Assembly: GCA_965226555.1 (NCBI GenBank)
Contig: CBDDDG010000004.1
Coordinates: forward strand, 1 to 11,631
Source of the DNA: Salinispira sp.
GTDB lineage: Bacteria; Spirochaetota; Spirochaetia; DSM-27196; Salinispiraceae
Direction of reading: 5' to 3'
Length of the DNA stretch: 11,631 nucleotides
This document shows positions 7,125 through 11,631 of this stretch, piece after piece (position 1 is the stretch's first letter; every line of letters starts with the position of its first letter). The notes beneath the pieces are model-generated. The model had not been told where the DNA came from. It saw only the letters and a program-made list of their open reading frames with translations, and searched no databases. A program made the translations under genes and the position numbers.

Positions 7125-7154
7125 TTGACATACAGGATATACTCAGATTACTAT
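7125..7154 (+). promoter_or_regulatory. Sigma70-type promoter of leuA
   Basis: Consensus TTGACA (7125-7130), 18-nt spacer, TACTAT (7149-7154); start of transcription expected near 7161. Confidence 0.65.
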
Positions 7155-7267
7155 GGAAAAATGAATATGCGTTTTCGTCCGAAACATAGTTTTCTATCTC
7201 CTTCTCCATCCAGAATTGGGCGGATTGTGTGTGTTCACGTGGACTGAACTGAAAAGATATCAGCCAC

Positions 7268-7294
7268 AGCCCGCCAACCGGCGGGCTTTTTTTT
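7268..7294 (+). terminator. Intrinsic terminator in the leuA leader (attenuator)
   Basis: AGCCCGCC-AACC-GGCGGGCT followed by a T run. GGCGGATTGTG (7219-7229) can pair with CACAGCCCGCC (7265-7275) as a competing antiterminator. Confidence 0.85.
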
Positions 7295-7338
7295 GCCTGC
7301 CGAAACGTTGCATTAAGGAGCCATTAAAGGAGGACGAT

Positions 7339-9213
7339 ATGGTAAAACAGGCAAAATATGAGGCCTTCACGCCGGTGAAATTGAAAGACAGGAAGTGGCC
7401 GGATGGACAAATCCGCGAGGCGCCCCTGTGGTGTTCGGTCGATCTGCGGGATGGGAATCAGGCCTTGCCGACTCCCATGAACATTGGAGAAAAGGAGCGG
7501 ATGTTTGCGCTGCTTCTGAGTATCGGATTCAGGGAGATTGAGGTTGGCTTTCCCAGCGCCAGTCAGATTGAGTACGATTTTCTGCGCAGCCTGATTGATA
7601 ATTCACACATTCCCGATGGTGTCTGGGTGCAGGTTCTGACGCAGAGCAGAAAGCATCTTATTGAGCGCACAGTCGAGAGTCTTGAGGGCTGTAACAAGGC
7701 CATTATCCATCTTTATAATTCCACTTCAGAACAGCAACGGCGCATTACCTTCCGTAAGAGTCGGGAGGAGATAAAGGATATTGCCGTTGCGGGTACCCAA
7801 CAGGTTATTGATCTGCTTCCGCGTCTGGATGGAACGGAGGTTCGCTTTGAGTACAGCCCGGAGAGTTTTACCGGAACCGAGCTCGATTTTGCAGTGGAAG
7901 TGTGCGATGCGGTCATTGACCTCTGGGAGCCCGAAAAACGGGGGCCCATGATCATCAACCTGCCGGCAACCGTGGAGCTCAGTACCCCGAACATCTACGC
8001 AGACCAAATTGAGTGGGTCTGCCGACATCTCAGGCGCCGCAGCGAGGTTCTCATTTCCCTTCACACCCACAACGACCGCGGAACAGGGGCCGCAGCAACC
8101 GAATTGGGCCTGCTTGCCGGCGGCGAACGGGTGGAGGGCACCCTCTTCGGCAACGGCGAGCGCACCGGCAATGTCGACATTATCACTCTGGCCCTGAACC
8201 TTTTCAGCCAAGGGGTGGAACCCGGGCTCAACCTGCATGACATTCCCCATATCCGCAGAATATATGAAGAAACTACCCGCATGATCGTACACGAGCGCCA
8301 CCCCTACGGCGGCGATCTGGTGTTCACTGCCTTCAGCGGCAGCCATCAGGATGCCATAAGCAAGGGCATGGCGCTGCAAAGCGGCACTTCTGACCCTGCA
8401 GGGAAAAAAAGCAGCGCTGCCGGGGGTGCTACAGAGGAAAAACGCGGCGCCCCCAGCGCCCCTACCGGGAAAAAACGCGGCGCCCCCAGCGGCGCCCCCA
8501 GCGGCACGAAATGGGATGTACCTTATCTGCCCATTGATCCTCAGGACATCGGGCGCACCTACAAGGCCATTATCAGAATTAATAGTCAGAGCGGAAAGGG
8601 TGGAGTTTCCTATGTTCTTGAAACTGACTATGGACTGCGTGTGCCCCGCAGTATGCAGCAGGAGCTCGGCGCCTTCATTACTGTTATTTCCGACCGTCTT
8701 GTGCGGGAACTTTCGAGCGGGGAGATTTTCGATGCCTTCAGCACGGAGTATGTGAACCGGCAGGACAATCTTGTGCTGACCGAATATAACCTGAGCCACC
8801 CGCATAACAGCAATGAGGTGTTTTTCAGGGGGATGCTTGATGCGCAGGGACAGGAACACGCGCTGACCGGCCGGGGAAACGGCCCTATGGACGCGTTTAT
8901 GTCTGGTCTTAATGAGTTCTTCGGCGTTGAGCTGAGCATTGCGGAATATGAGGAGCAGGCCATCGGCATAGGCAGCGCTACTGAGGCTGCTGCCTACATT
9001 CGGGTTGTGGACGGCAGCGGTTCAGGCAGCTGGGGCGTTGGTCGCGACACCGACAGCTCCGCAGCCCATTTTACGGCAATTCTCTGCGCCGTCAACCGCC
9101 GACAGGAACTCATTCCCGCGCTCATCTCCCCTGAGGCCTCCCCACATCCGGACGCCTCTGCCGATCCCGCCGCCCCCAGCGATCCCGCCGCCCTGCCGGA
9201 TCGTGATGGGTAA
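7339..9213 (+). CDS. leuA: 2-isopropylmalate synthase (yeast/actinobacterial-type LeuA) with C-terminal regulatory domain
   Basis: WCSVDLRDGNQAL, EIEVGFPSAS, FEYSPESF, HTHNDRG, GNGERTGNVD, FTAFSGSHQDAI, VPYLPIDP, IRINSQSGKGG and GNGPMDAF. Start reassigned to ATG 7339 after AAGGAGG (7327-7333), downstream of the attenuator. Confidence 0.96.
   Translation: MVKQAKYEAFTPVKLKDRKWPDGQIREAPLWCSVDLRDGNQALPTPMNIGEKERMFALLLSIGFREIEVGFPSASQIEYDFLRSLIDNSHIPDGVWVQVLTQSRKHLIERTVESLEGCNKAIIHLYNSTSEQQRRITFRKSREEIKDIAVAGTQQVIDLLPRLDGTEVRFEYSPESFTGTELDFAVEVCDAVIDLWEPEKRGPMIINLPATVELSTPNIYADQIEWVCRHLRRRSEVLISLHTHNDRGTGAAATELGLLAGGERVEGTLFGNGERTGNVDIITLALNLFSQGVEPGLNLHDIPHIRRIYEETTRMIVHERHPYGGDLVFTAFSGSHQDAISKGMALQSGTSDPAGKKSSAAGGATEEKRGAPSAPTGKKRGAPSGAPSGTKWDVPYLPIDPQDIGRTYKAIIRINSQSGKGGVSYVLETDYGLRVPRSMQQELGAFITVISDRLVRELSSGEIFDAFSTEYVNRQDNLVLTEYNLSHPHNSNEVFFRGMLDAQGQEHALTGRGNGPMDAFMSGLNEFFGVELSIAEYEEQAIGIGSATEAAAYIRVVDGSGSGSWGVGRDTDSSAAHFTAILCAVNRRQELIPALISPEASPHPDASADPAAPSDPAALPDRDG
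8438..8505 (+). repeat. In-frame tandem repeats inside leuA
   Basis: AAAAACGCGGCGCCCCCAGCG at 8438-8458 and 8471-8491 (33-nt period); 12-nt unit GCGGCGCCCCCA at 8477-8488 and 8489-8500 plus a partial copy. Confidence 0.85.
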
Positions 9214-9337
9214 ATTGCGGTGAAATTGTGAGAACATGGAAGTACTGCGTTGTATTGTGAGCGGACGGGTTCAGGGGGCTGGGTGAGAATCTTCCCAATC
9301 CTATCTTGAATGGCTGGCTGAGGGATCTCCCATGTTT

Positions 9338-11631
9338 CTATCTATGCAAATTTTGAATCAATGATTCACTTTTTTCTCTATGGGAAATAATAGATTTTGT
9401 TTGATTCTTTTTTCTCATTATTTCTTGTTTATCTCGTGATATAGGCAAAAGTAGTTCTTTCCATCTGTCTCCTATATTCGGTAAGGTGGTATCAATAAAA
9501 ATCCTTGAATGCATCTGCGCTAATGTAAAAGGACAAGATAATAAATACGCTAAGTAATAACAATCTATATCGCTGTCTTCAGGAGGGTTTGCTCTTAACA
9601 CTATGCAATGGCTATTTAATAAGATTTTTGTATCCGATTCCAGAAGAAAAGCAATATCACCTATCCTGTATGAACCTTCTTTAACAAATATAATATCGCC
9701 TTTTTGTAAATCCACTCCATTTTTTCCCTTTATTTCCCGATATACAAATTCAGGAATCCTTGATATTGGATTTTTGTATATAGCCATATTTCCTATGTCG
9801 CCAGCTCTTACATATGGTATACTGCCTCGTCCTTTATAGGGATTCTCAGGTGAACCATGTCCCCTGAATACGAGTACGTGTTCATCCCGTACCAAATCTC
9901 CCAATTTCTTAACAGTACAATTAATCTTATCAGCTTCAGCAACCCAATCCTTATTATTCCAATAATATCTTGGCACATAAATATCATTAACAATATCATT
10001 AACGTTTTTTACAAAGACGCGTGAATTGCCGGTATCCCAGGGATTTTCAAGTTCCTCTAAAATAATATCGGAATCATCCCAAATTTCGTCCGTAATTCTG
10101 CCGCTGTTATCAAATCTATACTTTGTTTTACCCAAATGATCAGAACCCATTTCTTCACAAACAGCAAATACTATTTCTTTTTGTATTGCGCCTTTCTCAA
10201 ACATAAGTAAACAGGTTTTTGCATTACAAAAAGGTCTGAACGCATTGTGCGGGATATCGACAATAGCCCTAATTGCCCCCCGCTCCTTAAGATATTGTAA
10301 AATATATTTCTTGGTTGGCGCGTGAAAATATGTCTCAGGCAATACAATTGCAAGTATCCCTCCATCATCCTTTAACATGTGTAATGCCCGTTCTATAAAT
10401 AACTCTTGTGCCGGTGTCTCCCGAGGTTTATTTGTCTTTATATAAGTTCCCTCTTTCAGTTGCCATTTGTATCCCAAGTCATAATTTTTTGACTCATTCA
10501 TCAATATTTTTGTATTTTTACTGCCAAAGGGCGGGTTAGTTAAAATAATATCAAATTGTTTCAACGCGCCATCAGATACAAAAATTTCTTTAGCCCTTCC
10601 TGTAAATTCATTGATTGCATGTAAAGTGTTCTGACAAGCAATATTGCTTTTTCCATCTCCTATTATTGACATATATGCCTTTGTTATTTTGACTAAATCC
10701 ATCTCTTTATCTATACCGTAAATAGATTTTGAAGCCAAATGTAACCGTTCCCTTTCAAGATCTCTTGCCGGCATACCTTTATATTTTTTTTCTATCGATT
10801 TCCATAAATATGAAAGGGCGTAAATTAAAAAACCGCCGCTACCGCAGGCGGGGTCACATATACTTTGTGTTATATTGGGCTTGACAAGTTTTAAGGCAAT
10901 TTTCACTATTTGACGGGGGGTAAAGAACTCACCTTTTTCACCCGCAAATTTGCTTTCTGCAAAAGTCTCAAAAGCATCACCTACAATATCTGTTTCTGCG
11001 CGTAATAACGAGTAATTCTGTAATTCACTAACAACATAAGCGATAGACTTATCATCCAATAATATGTCCTCGTTTTCATCAAAAATACCATCTCCCTGTA
11101 AGTTGTCTTTTACAAATGTAAATAAGTTCTTAATTCTTCCGCATACATCACTGTACGTATCGCCATATCTCATATTAAAGGAAGGGTTGCGATTATCCAG
11201 ACTATAATATTTTTCGTCACAAATTTTACAGAATAAGAGTTTAATCATTTCATTCCCGAGCTTTGCCCTCCGACTGATATTTGTGTTTGTGTATTGATTA
11301 TTCAGTATTCTTCTGAAAATTATTTTGAGATTATGCGGAGGTTTTAAGTCCGTCCACGATAACTGGCCAACACTTGTTGTCGGATCGCCGCAATGAGGTA
11401 TTTGAAATATAAGATCATCGAATATTTCTCCTGTCTCATGTTTCTTGACAAAGCAAACCATATCTTCGCCATTTGTCCACACCCCCCAAGACGCCGATGT
11501 AGCAGACATGTACGATTTACATTGTTCCATTCCGTCTTTTCGATGTTTTCTTTTTGTTTCGATAATTGCTAAAATATCGTGATTTTGCTTTCTACGGTTT
11601 GGATCGGTATTTCTGTAAATGACTATATCAG
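9338..11631 (-). CDS. Fused restriction-modification protein (HsdR_N-like nuclease + N6-adenine methyltransferase + target recognition domain), Type IIG-like; 5' end outside the window
   Basis: The frame stays open beyond the listed ATG 11530 to the edge: DIVIYRNTDPNRRKQNHDILAIIETKRKHRKDGMEQCKSYM (D...ExK and QxxSY). Then GEFFTPR, motif I DPACGSGGFL, motif IV NPPF, and an HsdS-like TRD (IPYVRAGDI, LQKGDIIF, YYLAYLL). Confidence 0.88.
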   Translation of the reverse strand, partial: DIVIYRNTDPNRRKQNHDILAIIETKRKHRKDGMEQCKSYMSATSASWGVWTNGEDMVCFVKKHETGEIFDDLIFQIPHCGDPTTSVGQLSWTDLKPPHNLKIIFRRILNNQYTNTNISRRAKLGNEMIKLLFCKICDEKYYSLDNRNPSFNMRYGDTYSDVCGRIKNLFTFVKDNLQGDGIFDENEDILLDDKSIAYVVSELQNYSLLRAETDIVGDAFETFAESKFAGEKGEFFTPRQIVKIALKLVKPNITQSICDPACGSGGFLIYALSYLWKSIEKKYKGMPARDLERERLHLASKSIYGIDKEMDLVKITKAYMSIIGDGKSNIACQNTLHAINEFTGRAKEIFVSDGALKQFDIILTNPPFGSKNTKILMNESKNYDLGYKWQLKEGTYIKTNKPRETPAQELFIERALHMLKDDGGILAIVLPETYFHAPTKKYILQYLKERGAIRAIVDIPHNAFRPFCNAKTCLLMFEKGAIQKEIVFAVCEEMGSDHLGKTKYRFDNSGRITDEIWDDSDIILEELENPWDTGNSRVFVKNVNDIVNDIYVPRYYWNNKDWVAEADKINCTVKKLGDLVRDEHVLVFRGHGSPENPYKGRGSIPYVRAGDIGNMAIYKNPISRIPEFVYREIKGKNGVDLQKGDIIFVKEGSYRIGDIAFLLESDTKILLNSHCIVLRANPPEDSDIDCYYLAYLLSCPFTLAQMHSRIFIDTTLPNIGDRWKELLLPISRDKQEIMRKKNQTKSIISHREKSESLIQNLHR

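Noticed and set aside
7216..7338. 41-aa N-terminal extension of LeuA from TTG 7216
   Set aside because: Runs through the attenuator terminator; ATG 7339 has a strong RBS and matches where LeuA similarity begins.
7726..8859. 377-aa minus-strand ORF and other short ORFs overlapping leuA
   Set aside because: Shadows of a GC-rich, clearly identified gene, with no recognisable motifs.
9254..9265. ATTGTGAGCGGA, identical to the left part of the lac operator
   Set aside because: The right half of the operator is missing, it lies between convergent genes, and there is no other vector-like sequence.

Overview
Bacterial chromosomal window mixing housekeeping and accessory DNA. Left to right: (1) a broken gene, or tandem gene fragments, encoding 'GIWSDGTTMWV' beta-propeller-type repeats; (2) a DUF3095-type protein with class III nucleotide-cyclase-like motifs; (3) an AT-rich two-gene unit: a 434-aa protein with proteasome-beta/HslV-like N-terminal-Thr hallmarks plus a 68-aa acidic ORF; (4) a Mn/Zn/Fe ABC permease and ATPase on the minus strand with no binding-protein gene, preceded by a dense array of inverted repeats including an MntR-like palindrome; (5) an intact 1253-bp IS481/IS1202-like insertion sequence with TGG..CCA ends and a perfect 15-bp target duplication; (6) leuA with a promoter, an attenuator with an out-of-frame Leu run, and repeat-derived low-complexity insertions; (7) the 3' part of an AT-rich fused nuclease-m6A methyltransferase-TRD (Type IIG-like) gene that runs off the right edge. 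The best candidate for an undescribed system is the enlarged proteasome-like hydrolase plus small acidic partner, possibly with the cyclase-like gene upstream. All family calls come from motif recognition by eye; no searches were run.
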